NCBI GenBank assembly: GCA_035764725.1
Contig: DASTYT010000051.1
Coordinates: forward strand, 4,603 to 68,602
From: Candidatus Methylomirabilota bacterium
GTDB taxonomy: Bacteria; Methylomirabilota; Methylomirabilia; Rokubacteriales; CSP1-6
Length of the DNA stretch: 64,000 nt
Direction: 5' to 3'
Below are positions 8,939 through 18,832 of the stretch, one piece after another; positions within the stretch are counted from its first letter, which is position 1, and each line of letters begins with the position of its first letter. The position numbers and the translations under genes were made by a program. The notes under the pieces are model-generated. The model was not told the DNA's origin and ran no database searches. It saw only the letters and a program-made list of their open reading frames with translations.

Positions 8939-10279
8939 ATGCCGCCCCAGACCCGATACGCCAAGAGCGGTGACGTCAGCATTGCCTATCAGGTCGTCGG
9001 GGAGGGCCCGCGCGACCTGGTGGTGGTGCCGGGCTGGCTCTCGAACGTCGAGGTCTTCTGGGAAGAGCCCTCCGCGGTTCGGTTCTTCGAATCCCTCGCG
9101 CGGTTCTCCCGAGTGATTCTCTTCGACAAGCGCGGCACCGGTCTGTCCGATCGCGTGCCGGACATTCCGGGACTGGAGACCCGGATGGACGATGTCCGGG
9201 CCGTGATGGACGCAGTGGGTTCGGAGCGTGCCGCGCTCTTCGGCTACTCCGAGGGCGGTCCCATGTGCGTGCTCTTCGCCGCGACCTATCCGGACCGCGT
9301 GAGCGCCCTCATCACGCACGGCTCGTACGCGCGCCGGGTCCGATCGAGCGATCACCCGTGGATGCCGGTCCTGGAGGACTGGGAGCGGTTCATCGAGTCC
9401 ACCGTCAAGGGCTGGGGCGGCCCGGTGGGGCTCGCGGAGCGCGCGCCCAGCCGCATGCGTGACGAAGCCTTCGTGCAGTGGTGGTCGCGCTTCACCCGGA
9501 TGAGCGCGAGCCCCGCCTCGAGCGCGCAGGTGCTCCGGATGAACACGCAGATCGACGTCCGCCGCATCCTGTCGAGCGTCCGGGTGCCCACCCTGCTCCT
9601 CCACCCCACCGGCGATCGGGTGGTGCCCGTGGAGGCCAGCCGCTACATGGCCGAGCACATTCCCGGCGCGAAGCTCATCGAGCTGCCGGGGATCGACCAC
9701 CTGCCGTTCGCGGACAACGCCGAGCACGTCCTGCGGGAGATCCGAAGCTTCCTGGGCGAGCTCCCCACCGAGGCCGAGCCCGACCGGGTGCTCGCGACCG
9801 TGGTCTTCGCCGACATCGTGGGCTCGACGGAGCAGGCGGTGGCCCTGGGCGACCGCCGGTGGCGGGAGCTCCTCGGCGGCTTCCACGCGGCGGTCCGGCG
9901 CGAGGTGGGGCGCTTCCGGGGCCGCGAGATCGACTCCGCCGGCGACGGGGTCCTCGCCGCCTTCGACGGGCCCGCCCGCGCGGTGCGCGCAGCGTGCGCG
10001 GTGGGCGAGGCGGTGCGCCCGCTGGGCGTGACGGTGCGCGCCGGCGTGCACACCGGCGAGTGCGAGGTGCTTGGCAACAAGCTAGCCGGCATCGCCGTGC
10101 ACATCGGCGCGCGGGTCGCCTCGGTGGCAGGGCCCGACGAGGTCCTGGTGTCGAGCACTGTCCGCGACCTCGTCGCGGGCTCCGGCCTCGCCTTCGCCGA
10201 CCGGGGGCTGCACACGCTGAAGGGCGTGCCCGGCGACTGGCATCTCTTTGCCGTGGATCGGGGCGTGGCGCGCGTATGA
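8939..10279 (+). CDS. Alpha/beta-hydrolase domain fused to class III adenylate/guanylate cyclase domain (LipJ/Rv1900c-like architecture)
   Basis: 446 aa. N-terminal alpha/beta-hydrolase fold with GYSEGG nucleophile elbow. C-terminal cyclase homology domain (VVFADIVGSTEQ...HTGECEV...HIGARVA). Confidence 0.8.
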   Translation: MPPQTRYAKSGDVSIAYQVVGEGPRDLVVVPGWLSNVEVFWEEPSAVRFFESLARFSRVILFDKRGTGLSDRVPDIPGLETRMDDVRAVMDAVGSERAALFGYSEGGPMCVLFAATYPDRVSALITHGSYARRVRSSDHPWMPVLEDWERFIESTVKGWGGPVGLAERAPSRMRDEAFVQWWSRFTRMSASPASSAQVLRMNTQIDVRRILSSVRVPTLLLHPTGDRVVPVEASRYMAEHIPGAKLIELPGIDHLPFADNAEHVLREIRSFLGELPTEAEPDRVLATVVFADIVGSTEQAVALGDRRWRELLGGFHAAVRREVGRFRGREIDSAGDGVLAAFDGPARAVRAACAVGEAVRPLGVTVRAGVHTGECEVLGNKLAGIAVHIGARVASVAGPDEVLVSSTVRDLVAGSGLAFADRGLHTLKGVPGDWHLFAVDRGVARV

Positions 10280-11511
10280 GCTTCGTCACCCACGTCGAGT
10301 GCACCGTCTGCGGCAAGGCGCACGCGTCGACCCATCTCCTCACCATCTGCGAGGCCTGCGGCCAGATGCTGGCCGTGCGCTACGACCTCCCCGCCGTCGC
10401 GCGCGCCCTCACCAAGGACGCGCTGCGGTCGCGCCCCCCGGGCATGTATCGCTTCCGCGAGCTCTTGCCGCTGGGCGACGACGAGGCGCCGGTCACGCTG
10501 GGCGAGGGCGGCACGCCCGTGCTCGAGCTGCCGCGCCTGGCCGGCCATCTCGGGATGCGCCGGCTGTGGGCGAAGGACGAGGGACAGAATCCCACCGGCT
10601 CGTTCAAGGCCCGCGGGCTGGGCATGGCGATCACCCGCGCCCGCACGCTCGGCGTGAAGGGCCTCATGATCCCCTCCGCGGGCAATGCGGGCGGCGCCGC
10701 CGCGGTGTACGGCGCGCGCGCGGGCGTGCCCGTCGCGGTGGTGGTGCCGCGCGGCACGCCCGAAGCGGCGGTGGCCGAGGCCCTGATCGCGGGCGCCCAC
10801 GTGTTCACGGTGGAAGGCTCCATCGCGACCGCGGGCCGCCTCATCGCGCAAGTGGCCCCGCGCCTCGGCTGGTTCGACCTCGCCACGCTCAAGGAGCCCT
10901 ATCGCCTCGAGGGCAAGAAGACGATGGGCCTCGAGCTGGCCGAGCAGCTCGGCTGGGAGGCCCCCGATGTCCTCATGTATCCGACGGGCGGCGGCACCGG
11001 CCTCGTCGGGATCTGGAAGGCCTATGAGGAGCTGGCGGCGATGGGCTGGATCGGCTCCCCGCAGCCGCGCTTCTTCGCCGTGCAGGCCGAAGGCTGCGCG
11101 CCGGTGGTGAAGGCCTTCGAGGACAAGGCGGAGACCACGTCGATGTGGGAGAACCCCGTCACCCACGCGGCCGGGCTGCGGGTGCCCGGCCCCTTCGCCG
11201 GCCGCCAGATGCTGCGCATCCTGCGCGAGACCGGGGGCGGCGCGCTCGCGGTCAGCGAGGACGAGATCGTGGCGGCGCAGAAGCTCCTCGCGCGCGTCGA
11301 GGGCATCTGGACCGCGCCGGAGGCCGCCGCCGCGCTGGCGGCCCTGATGCGCTTGCGCGCGACCGGTGACGTCGCGCCCGGCGACCGCGTGGTCCTGGTC
11401 CTCACCGGCGCCGGCATCAAGTACGTCCCGCCGCCCCTCCCCGCGGCGATTCACCTCGAGGGTTCCCCCGACGAGGTGCTCGCGACCGTCCGCCGCGCCG
11501 TCGGCGCCTGA
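10276..11511 (+). CDS. thrC: Threonine synthase (PLP-dependent, with N-terminal Cys4 zinc ribbon)
   Basis: 411 aa, ATGA overlap with the upstream cyclase. PLP-lysine motif NPTGSFKARG. N-terminal CTVCGK...CEACGQ. Start located by residue counting. Confidence 0.85.
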   Translation: MSFVTHVECTVCGKAHASTHLLTICEACGQMLAVRYDLPAVARALTKDALRSRPPGMYRFRELLPLGDDEAPVTLGEGGTPVLELPRLAGHLGMRRLWAKDEGQNPTGSFKARGLGMAITRARTLGVKGLMIPSAGNAGGAAAVYGARAGVPVAVVVPRGTPEAAVAEALIAGAHVFTVEGSIATAGRLIAQVAPRLGWFDLATLKEPYRLEGKKTMGLELAEQLGWEAPDVLMYPTGGGTGLVGIWKAYEELAAMGWIGSPQPRFFAVQAEGCAPVVKAFEDKAETTSMWENPVTHAAGLRVPGPFAGRQMLRILRETGGGALAVSEDEIVAAQKLLARVEGIWTAPEAAAALAALMRLRATGDVAPGDRVVLVLTGAGIKYVPPPLPAAIHLEGSPDEVLATVRRAVGA

Positions 11512-11649
11512 GTGGCGCGCGGCCCACCGCATCCGGCCCTCACTCGGCGTGCGCGTTGCGGCGCCGTTCCGTGATAGCGTTGCCGATGGCCGTCGACCAG
11601 CGCGGCTGCGCAGTGCGGAAGGAGCCGAGCCCGGGCGGGGGGAGGACCC

Positions 11650-12915
11650 ATGGGGAAGCTGACGCGACGGACATTCCTCAGGGCGAGCGGCGCGGGCGTG
11701 GTCGGCACGGTGATGGCCGCCGGGCTCGCCGGCTGCGCGTCCACGATGGGCGAGACACAGCCCACGGGCCGCCGCCGGGTCGTGGTGATCGGCGGGGGCT
11801 GGGGCGGCGCCACCGCCGCCAAGTACGTCCGGATGGGTGATCCCCGCATCGACGTGGTGCTCCTCGAGCCGAATCGTCAGTTCATCTCCTGCCCGTTCAG
11901 CAATCTCGTCCTGGCCGGCCTGCGCAACGTCGAGAGCCTGAGCTTCGGCTACGACGGGCTGCGCCGGCGCGGCGTGACGGTGCGCCACGAGGCGGCGCTG
12001 GCCATCGAGCCCGACACCAAGCGCGTGCGACTGGCGAGCGGCTATCTCGCCTATGACCGTCTCATCGTGTCACCCGGCGTCGACTTTCTCTGGGACCAGG
12101 TGGACGGGCTGCCCGCTGCGCGCGACACCGTCCTCCATGCCTGGAAGGCCGGTCCGCAGACGGTGGAGCTGGCGCGGCAGATCCAGTCCATGCCGGACAA
12201 CGGAGTGTTCATTTTGACGGTTCCGCCGGTGGCCTATCGCTGCCCGCCCGGCCCCTACGAGCGCATCTCGATGGTGGCGTGGTACCTCAAGGCGAACAAG
12301 CCGCGCGCCAAGGTCCTGGTGCTCGACGCCAATCCCAACATCGTCTCGAAGACCGCGCTGTTCCGCGAGGCGTGGAAGGCGTACCCCAACATCGAGTACC
12401 GCGCCACCAATCGGGTGATCGCCGTCGATCCGGGCGCGAGGGAAGTGCGGACGGAGTTCGACCGGATCAAGTACGACGTGCTGAACCTGATCCCGCCGCA
12501 GCGCGCCGGGCAGATCGTGGTGGACGCGAACCTCGTGGGCGCCGACAAGCGCTGGTGCGAGGTCAGCCACCTGACGTACGAGTCGGTGAAGGCGCCCGGC
12601 GTGCACGTGGTGGGGGACGCGACCACCGGCCTCCCGGTGCCGAAGTCGGGGAACGTGGCCAACAACATGGGGAAGATTGCCGCGATCGCCGCGGTGTCTC
12701 TCCTCAACGACAAGCCGGCGCCCTCGGTGGCACCGGGCAATACCTGCTACAGCTGGGTGAGCGATCGCGAGGCCATCGCGGTGGTCAATGCGTACAAGAT
12801 CGAGAACGGCAAGGTGGTTCAGATCGAGCAGCGGCTCACCCCGGCGCAGTCCCCCGCGGTGGCGGCGCGCGCGGTCGGCTGGACCCAAAGTATCTGGCAG
12901 GACGTGGTCGGCTAG
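11650..12915 (+). CDS. fccB: Flavocytochrome c sulfide dehydrogenase flavoprotein subunit (FccB/SoxF-like), Tat-exported
   Basis: 421 aa. Twin-arginine signal RRTFLRASGAGVVGTVMAAGLAGCAS. FAD motif RVVVIGGGWGGATAAKYV. A diheme cytochrome c follows. Could alternatively be another periplasmic FAD disulfide oxidoreductase. Confidence 0.7.
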   Translation: MGKLTRRTFLRASGAGVVGTVMAAGLAGCASTMGETQPTGRRRVVVIGGGWGGATAAKYVRMGDPRIDVVLLEPNRQFISCPFSNLVLAGLRNVESLSFGYDGLRRRGVTVRHEAALAIEPDTKRVRLASGYLAYDRLIVSPGVDFLWDQVDGLPAARDTVLHAWKAGPQTVELARQIQSMPDNGVFILTVPPVAYRCPPGPYERISMVAWYLKANKPRAKVLVLDANPNIVSKTALFREAWKAYPNIEYRATNRVIAVDPGAREVRTEFDRIKYDVLNLIPPQRAGQIVVDANLVGADKRWCEVSHLTYESVKAPGVHVVGDATTGLPVPKSGNVANNMGKIAAIAAVSLLNDKPAPSVAPGNTCYSWVSDREAIAVVNAYKIENGKVVQIEQRLTPAQSPAVAARAVGWTQSIWQDVVG

Positions 12916-12932
12916 GCGCCAGGGAGACCAGC

Positions 12933-13547
12933 ATGCCCAGAGTCCACATCGCCGTCGTCGGTGCCGCGCTGCTCGCCGCCGCGAGCGCGCCGGCGCCCGC
13001 TTCCGCGCAGGCCTCCGCGCCCATGCTCTACGAGACCACGACCGCGCGTGTGGTCACGTGCGCCGCCTGCCACGGCGTCAACGGCAACAGCCGGTCCGAC
13101 GCCATGCCCATCATCGCCGGGATGGACGCCGGCTACTTCAAGAAGCAGGTGCAGGCGTACGCCGCCAACGCCCGGCCGTCCCCCGAGATGGGGCCCTACG
13201 CGAAGCAGATCCTCGACATCGGCCTCGATGCGGTGGCGGGCCACTTCGCCGCGCAGCGCATGGAGCCGACGCCGCTCAAGGCCGACGCGGCGGCGGTGGC
13301 GCGGGGGCGCACCGCGTCGGCGCCCTGCGTGGCGTGCCACGGCGCCGACGGCAAGGGCGATTCCGCCAAGGGCACTCCGAGCCTCGCCGGCCAGCCGCCG
13401 GGCTATCTGCGGGATCAGATCGGTCTCTTCCGGCAGGATGCGCGCAACCCGGGCGACACGACGCTCGCCGCGATCAAGGCTCTGATGAAGACGCTGCCGG
13501 AGGCGCAGGACGCCGACCTGGCCGCGTACTACTCGAGCCTGCGCTAG
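12933..13547 (+). CDS. fccA: Diheme c-type cytochrome (FccA/c4-like), secreted
   Basis: 204 aa. Signal peptide. Two CxxCH motifs (CAACHG, CVACHG). Confidence 0.75.
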   Translation: MPRVHIAVVGAALLAAASAPAPASAQASAPMLYETTTARVVTCAACHGVNGNSRSDAMPIIAGMDAGYFKKQVQAYAANARPSPEMGPYAKQILDIGLDAVAGHFAAQRMEPTPLKADAAAVARGRTASAPCVACHGADGKGDSAKGTPSLAGQPPGYLRDQIGLFRQDARNPGDTTLAAIKALMKTLPEAQDADLAAYYSSLR

Positions 13548-13603
13548 CGAACCCCGCGTTCCCGGGTGATTCGTCGCCCGTTTGTCCTGGAGGGGCTCTC
13601 ACC

Positions 13604-14413
13604 GTGCCCGAATGGCTGCTGCTGCTCATCGCCGGCCTGGTGATCGGCGCCTACGGCACCATCATCGGGGCCGGGGGCGGCTTCATCCTGGTGCCGCTGC
13701 TCTTGATCTTCTATCCCAACGAGAGCTCCGAGTCGATCGCCAGCGTGTCGCTGGCGGTTGTGTTCTTCAACGCGCTCTCGGGCACGATCGCCTACGCCCG
13801 GCTCAAGCGCGTCGACTACGGCTCCGGCGTCCTGCTCGCCCTCGCCACCGTGCCCGGCGCCATTCTCGGCGCCCTCACGACCCCGCTGATCCCGCGCCGC
13901 CCCTTCGACCTCATCGTGGGCTGTCTCCTCGTCGCCCTGTCGATCTTTCTGGTCCTCCGCCCGCTCGCCGAGGCGCGTGAGTGGACCGGGCGCTTCCGCA
14001 TGAGCCGCCGCATGATCGATCCCGATGGCACCGTGCAGTCGTGGAGCTATAACCCCGTGCTCGGTGTGGCGGTGAGCGTGGTGATCGGCTTCGTGTCGAG
14101 TCTGCTCGGCATCGGGGGCGGCTTCATCCACGTCCCCGTGATGGTGAATTTCCTCAACTTTCCCGTGCACGTCGCCTCCGCGACCTCCCACTTCACCTTG
14201 ACGGTGATGACGGCGGTGGGCTCGGTGGTGCACCTCCTCACCGGCACCCTCGTGGGCGCGGCGCCGCGGGTCGTGCCGCTCTCCCTCGGCGTGGTGGTCG
14301 GCGCGCAGGTCGGGGCCCGCCTCGCCCAGCGCATGCGCGGCGTCTGGATCATCCGCGCCCTCGTCCTCGCGCTGGCTTTCGTGGGGGCCCGCCTCATCTT
14401 CAAAGCCCTGTAG
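13604..14413 (+). CDS. TauE/SafE family sulfite/sulfonate exporter (DUF81)
   Basis: 269 aa, GTG start behind a GGAGGGG RBS. Duplicated 4-TM halves each carrying a GxGGGF motif (GAGGGFILVPLL and GIGGGFIHVPVM). Confidence 0.75.
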   Translation: MPEWLLLLIAGLVIGAYGTIIGAGGGFILVPLLLIFYPNESSESIASVSLAVVFFNALSGTIAYARLKRVDYGSGVLLALATVPGAILGALTTPLIPRRPFDLIVGCLLVALSIFLVLRPLAEAREWTGRFRMSRRMIDPDGTVQSWSYNPVLGVAVSVVIGFVSSLLGIGGGFIHVPVMVNFLNFPVHVASATSHFTLTVMTAVGSVVHLLTGTLVGAAPRVVPLSLGVVVGAQVGARLAQRMRGVWIIRALVLALAFVGARLIFKAL

Positions 14414-14446
14414 CCGCGCGGCGAACGGAGTAATATCAGTCTCCGC

Positions 14447-15994
14447 ATGCGCTACGGATTCGTCCTCGACCAGCGGAAGTGCATCGGGTGTCACGCCTGC
14501 ACGGTGGCTTGCAAGGAAGAGAACGGCGTCCCCCTCGGCGTCAACCGCACCTGGGTGAAGTACATCGAGAAGGGCACCTTTCCCGACACGCGGCGGTACT
14601 TCGCCGTGCTCCGCTGCAACCATTGTGACGATGCTCCGTGCGTGACGATCTGTCCCACCGTCGCCCTCTATCGCCGGCCCGACGGCATCGTAGACTTCGA
14701 CGGCGCGCGTTGCATCGGCTGCAAATCGTGCATGCAGGCTTGCCCCTACGATGCCCTCTACATCGATCCCGAGACCCAGACCGCGGCCAAGTGTCACTAC
14801 TGCGCCCATCGCGTCGAGGTGGGGCTCGAGCCCGCGTGCGCGATCGTGTGCCCGGTACAGGCCATCGTGGCGGGCGACCTCGACGATCCCGGCACTCCCA
14901 TTGCCCGCCTGGTCGCCTCGCAGCAGGTGCAGGTGCGGAAGCCGGAGCAGGGGACGCAGCCGAAGGTGTTCTACCTCGGCGCCGAGATGTCCGCGCTGGC
15001 GCCCGAGATGCAGCGGCGAGACGGGCAGTACGTGTTCTCCCAGGCTTCCACGATCCCGACGCCCGGCCAGCGCAACCACGCGGTGGCGCCCGCGCCGCCC
15101 GTGCCGGACGACCCCCTCGATCTCCGGGCACTCGCCCGCACCGTCTACGACGTCGCGCACCCCGCGCGGCCCTGGGGCGGCAAGGTGTCCTCCTATCTTT
15201 GGACCAAGTCGGTGTCCGCGGGCGCGATGCTCGTGGCGGGGGTGAGCATGCTGTCCGGACTGGCGTCGGGGAACGTCCTCGCCGGCCGCATCGCGCCCGT
15301 GATCGCGCTCGTGTTCCTCGTGCTGACGACCGCGCTCCTCATTGCGGATCTCAAGCGGCCGGAGCGCTTTCTCTATCTCCTCTTCAAGCCCAACTGGCGC
15401 TCGTGGCTCGTCTGGGGCGGCTGGATCCTGATCGCCTACGGCGGCGGCGTCACGCTCTGGCTGCTCGCCGCGCTCGCCGGGCGCCCGCAGGCCCTGGTGT
15501 GGCTGGCGGTGCCCGTCACCCTGCTCGCCGCCTCGACCGCCGGCTACAGCGCGTTCCTGTTCGGCCAGGCCGAGGGCCGCGATTTCTGGCAGAGCCCACT
15601 GACCCTGCCGCATCTCCTCGTTGCCGCGCTCGCCGCGGGCAGCGCGAGCCTGCTGCTCCCCGCGCTTGCGCTCGGCGGGGGCCCGGGCGCGCCGTGGGGG
15701 CTGCGCCTGGTCCTGCTCGGCTCGCTCATCGCGCTCGCCGTGGTCCTCGAAGCCGAGATCCTCACCCCCCATCCCACCCTCGACGCCGAGCGCGCCGCGC
15801 GGTTCCTCACCCGCGGGCCCCTCGCCGCCCCGCTCTGGGCCGGCGTGGGGGGGGCGGGGATCGTGCTCCCCGTCGCCCTCCTCTTCACGCCGTGGCACGC
15901 CGCGTGGGGGGTGGCGGCCGTGCTGTCCCTCGCCGGGCTCTGGCTCTACGAGGACCTCTGGATACGCGCGGGCCAATCCGTGCCGCTGAGCTGA
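14447..15994 (+). CDS. Fused 4x[4Fe-4S] ferredoxin subunit + NrfD/PsrC-type integral membrane anchor of a Mo-bisPGD oxidoreductase (SoeB-SoeC-like fusion)
   Basis: 515 aa. N-terminal ~200 aa has four Cys clusters (CIGCHACTVAC; CNHCDDAPCVTICP; CIGCKSCMQACP; CHYCAHRV...CAIVCP). C-terminal ~300 aa has 8+ predicted TM helices of the NrfD type. No signal peptide. Confidence 0.75.
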   Translation: MRYGFVLDQRKCIGCHACTVACKEENGVPLGVNRTWVKYIEKGTFPDTRRYFAVLRCNHCDDAPCVTICPTVALYRRPDGIVDFDGARCIGCKSCMQACPYDALYIDPETQTAAKCHYCAHRVEVGLEPACAIVCPVQAIVAGDLDDPGTPIARLVASQQVQVRKPEQGTQPKVFYLGAEMSALAPEMQRRDGQYVFSQASTIPTPGQRNHAVAPAPPVPDDPLDLRALARTVYDVAHPARPWGGKVSSYLWTKSVSAGAMLVAGVSMLSGLASGNVLAGRIAPVIALVFLVLTTALLIADLKRPERFLYLLFKPNWRSWLVWGGWILIAYGGGVTLWLLAALAGRPQALVWLAVPVTLLAASTAGYSAFLFGQAEGRDFWQSPLTLPHLLVAALAAGSASLLLPALALGGGPGAPWGLRLVLLGSLIALAVVLEAEILTPHPTLDAERAARFLTRGPLAAPLWAGVGGAGIVLPVALLFTPWHAAWGVAAVLSLAGLWLYEDLWIRAGQSVPLS

Positions 15995-16003
15995 GGCCGA
16001 CCC

Positions 16004-18832
16004 ATGACCGACCGCGTGACCGAGCCGCTGCATCCCGTCGCCCGCGATCTCCAAGCTCCCGCGGAGGGGCTGCATCGCTATCCGCCCGCTGCGCTCTGGG
16101 ACAACTGGGAGGAGTTCGACCCGCGCGCGTGGCCGCGGCGGGTGAAGCGGCAGTACTCGCTCATCCCGACGATCTGCTTCAATTGCGAGGCGGCGTGCGG
16201 GCTGCTCGCCTACGTGGACCAGCGCACGCTCAAGATCCAGAAGTTCGAGGGGAACCCCGCGCATCCCGGCAGCCGCGGCCGCAACTGCGCCAAGGGCCCG
16301 GCCACCCTCAACCAGGTGACGGATCCGGAGCGCATCCTCTATCCCCTCCGCCGGGCGGGCGCGCGCGGCGAGGGAACGTGGGAGCGCGTCACCTGGGACG
16401 AGGCTCTCGATGACATCGCGAGCCGCATCCGCAAGGCGCTGGTCGAGAAGCGTCCGACCGAGGTGATGTATCACCTGGGGCGCCCCGGCCACGAGCTCGT
16501 CTATCTGCAGCGGATCTTCCACGCGTGGGGTATCGACGGCCACAACAGCCACACCAATGTCTGCTCGGCGTCGGCGCGCGCAGGCTATGCCTTCTGGCAC
16601 GGGCTCGACCGGCCCTCGCCGGATCACGCCAAGGCGCGCGTGATCCTGCTGCTCTCCTCCCATCTCGAGGCCGGCCACTACTTCAATCCCCATGCGCAGC
16701 GCATCACCGAGGGCAAGCAGGCGGGCGCCAAGGTGTGCGTCGTGGACACGCGCCTGAGCAACACCGCCTCGATGGCGGACTGGTGGCTCTCCCCGTGGCC
16801 GGGCACCGAGGCCGCTCTGCTCCTCGCCATGTGCCACGTGCTCCTGCGCGAGGGCACGTGGGACCGCGACTTCGTCCGCCGCTGGGTGAACTGGGGGGAG
16901 TACCTGCGCGAGGAGCGTCCGGGCACGCCGGTGACGTTCGAGGCCTTCGAGACCGCACTGGTCGATCTCTACGCCGACTACACGCCGGAGTTTGCGGAGC
17001 GCGAGTCGGGCGTGCCCGCCGCGCGCATCGAGGAGATCGCGCGGGAGATCGGGCGCGCCGGCGGCGCGCTGTCCACGCACGTGTGGCGCAATGCCGCGGC
17101 GGGCAACCTGTGGGGCTGGGAGGTCGCGCGCGCCCTCGAGCTCCTGGTCGTCCTCGCTGGCGCGGTGGCCACGCCCGGCGGCACCGCGCCGTCGGGCTTC
17201 CACAAGGCGGTGCCCGCGCCGCCCATGATGCCGCCGCCCGGGAAGGTGTGGAGCGAGCTGCTCATGCCGCGCGAGTACCCGCTCGCCTTCTTCGAGATGA
17301 GCTTCCTCCTGCCCCATCTGCTCCGAGAGAATCGGGGCAAGCTCGCGATGTACTTCACGCGCGTGTACAACCCGGTGTGGACCAACCCCGATGGGATGTC
17401 GTGGATCGAGATGCTCACCGACGAGGCCAAGATCGAGCGCCACGCCTGCCTCACGCCGATCTGGAGCGAGACCGCGCACTTCGCGGACTACGTCCTCCCG
17501 ATGGGCCACGCCTCCGAGCGCCACGATCTCATGAGTCAGGAGACGCACGCCGCGCGCTGGATCGGCTTCCGCCAGCCCGTGCTGCGGGTGGCGCTCGAGA
17601 AGCAGGGGAAGCGCTTCGACTGGACGTGGCAGGCGCACGAGGCGGCCGGGCTCGGCCAGGTGTGGGAGGAGGACGAGTTCTGGATCGAGCTGTCCTGGCG
17701 GATCGATCCCGACGGCGCCCTCGGGATCCGCAAGTACTTCGAGTCCCCGTACCGCCCGGGGCAGAAGCTCACCATCGAGGAGTTCTACCGCTGGATCTTC
17801 GAGCACAGCGTGCCCGGCCTGCCCGCCGCCGCGCAGAAGGAAGGCCTGACCCCGCTCGCCTACATGCGGAAGTACGGCGCCTTCCTCGTGGAGGGCGGCG
17901 TGTACGCGTCGCACGAGAAGCCGCTGTCCGCCGCGGAGCGCGAGGGGGCGACGGTGGATCCCGTCACCAGCGTGGTGGCCAAGGGTGGCGCGGCCGTCGG
18001 CGTCGAGGTGGACGGGCGCGCCGCCGCGGGCTTTCCCACGCCCTCGCGCAAGCTCGAGTTCTACTCGAAGACGCTGAAAGACTGGAAGTGGCCCGAGCAC
18101 GCGGTGCCGACGTACGCGCGGAGCCATGTCCACTGGTCGCAGATCGACCGCGCTAAGGGCGAGATGCTGCTGCTGCCGACCTTCCGGCTGCCCACGCTCG
18201 TCCACTCGCGCTCGGGCAATGCGAAGTGGCTGTACGAGATCTCCCACAGTAACCCCCTGTGGCTGCACCCGGAGGACGCCGCGCGCCTCGGGGTGAAGAC
18301 GGGCGAGCTCCTCCGGATCGAGACGGAGATCGGCCACTTCGTGGACCGCGTGTGGGTGACGGAGTCCATCCGGCCCGGCGTGATCGCGTGCTCGCATCAC
18401 ATCGGGCGGTGGCGGCTCCACGAGTCGACCGGCGGCGAGCGCTGGTCGACCGCGCTGGTGGATCTCACGCGTGAGGCGCCGGGGCATTGGCGCATGCGCC
18501 ACGTCCACGGCATCCGTCCGTTCGCCAGCGCGGATCCCGACTCCGAGCGCGTGTGGTGGGAGGACGCGGGCGTGCACCAGAATTTGACGTTCCCCGTGCA
18601 TCCCGACCCGGTGAGCGGCCAGCACTGCTGGCATCAGAAGGTCCGCGCGGTGCGTCCGGGGCCGGACGACCGCTACGGCGACGTCTTCGTGGACACCAAC
18701 CGCTCGCAGGAGGTCTTCCGCCACTGGCTCGCGATGACGCGGCCGGCGCCGGGCCCCGGCGGCCTCCGCCGCCCGCTCTGGCTGCCCCGCGCCTTCAAGC
18801 CCGACGCGTCCGCGTATAAGCTGGAGGGGTGA
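16004..18832 (+). CDS. Molybdopterin (Mo-bisPGD) oxidoreductase catalytic subunit lacking a Tat signal, candidate sulfite dehydrogenase SoeA-like
   Basis: 942 aa. N-terminal FeS0 Cys motif CFNCEAACGL...C. No RRxFLK motif. Follows the FeS/NrfD fusion with a 10-nt gap. The Soe assignment is inferred from architecture and neighbours. Confidence 0.7.
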   Translation: MTDRVTEPLHPVARDLQAPAEGLHRYPPAALWDNWEEFDPRAWPRRVKRQYSLIPTICFNCEAACGLLAYVDQRTLKIQKFEGNPAHPGSRGRNCAKGPATLNQVTDPERILYPLRRAGARGEGTWERVTWDEALDDIASRIRKALVEKRPTEVMYHLGRPGHELVYLQRIFHAWGIDGHNSHTNVCSASARAGYAFWHGLDRPSPDHAKARVILLLSSHLEAGHYFNPHAQRITEGKQAGAKVCVVDTRLSNTASMADWWLSPWPGTEAALLLAMCHVLLREGTWDRDFVRRWVNWGEYLREERPGTPVTFEAFETALVDLYADYTPEFAERESGVPAARIEEIAREIGRAGGALSTHVWRNAAAGNLWGWEVARALELLVVLAGAVATPGGTAPSGFHKAVPAPPMMPPPGKVWSELLMPREYPLAFFEMSFLLPHLLRENRGKLAMYFTRVYNPVWTNPDGMSWIEMLTDEAKIERHACLTPIWSETAHFADYVLPMGHASERHDLMSQETHAARWIGFRQPVLRVALEKQGKRFDWTWQAHEAAGLGQVWEEDEFWIELSWRIDPDGALGIRKYFESPYRPGQKLTIEEFYRWIFEHSVPGLPAAAQKEGLTPLAYMRKYGAFLVEGGVYASHEKPLSAAEREGATVDPVTSVVAKGGAAVGVEVDGRAAAGFPTPSRKLEFYSKTLKDWKWPEHAVPTYARSHVHWSQIDRAKGEMLLLPTFRLPTLVHSRSGNAKWLYEISHSNPLWLHPEDAARLGVKTGELLRIETEIGHFVDRVWVTESIRPGVIACSHHIGRWRLHESTGGERWSTALVDLTREAPGHWRMRHVHGIRPFASADPDSERVWWEDAGVHQNLTFPVHPDPVSGQHCWHQKVRAVRPGPDDRYGDVFVDTNRSQEVFRHWLAMTRPAPGPGGLRRPLWLPRAFKPDASAYKLEG

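Noticed and set aside
9085-9105. tRNA T-loop-like GGTTCTTCGAATCC string.
   Set aside because: It lies inside the hydrolase-cyclase CDS (encodes AVRFFESLARF). No acceptor/anticodon arm pairing around it.
13544-18724. 1726-aa minus-strand ORF, plus the other very long antisense ORFs in the track (for example 6783-8921, 9643-11988, 20659-22791, 27125-29053, 35549-37963, 4693-6516, all minus).
   Set aside because: They run antisense to well-supported genes with clear family motifs and have Arg/Gly/Pro-dominated low-complexity translations. Stop-codon depletion in ~70% GC DNA creates such frames.
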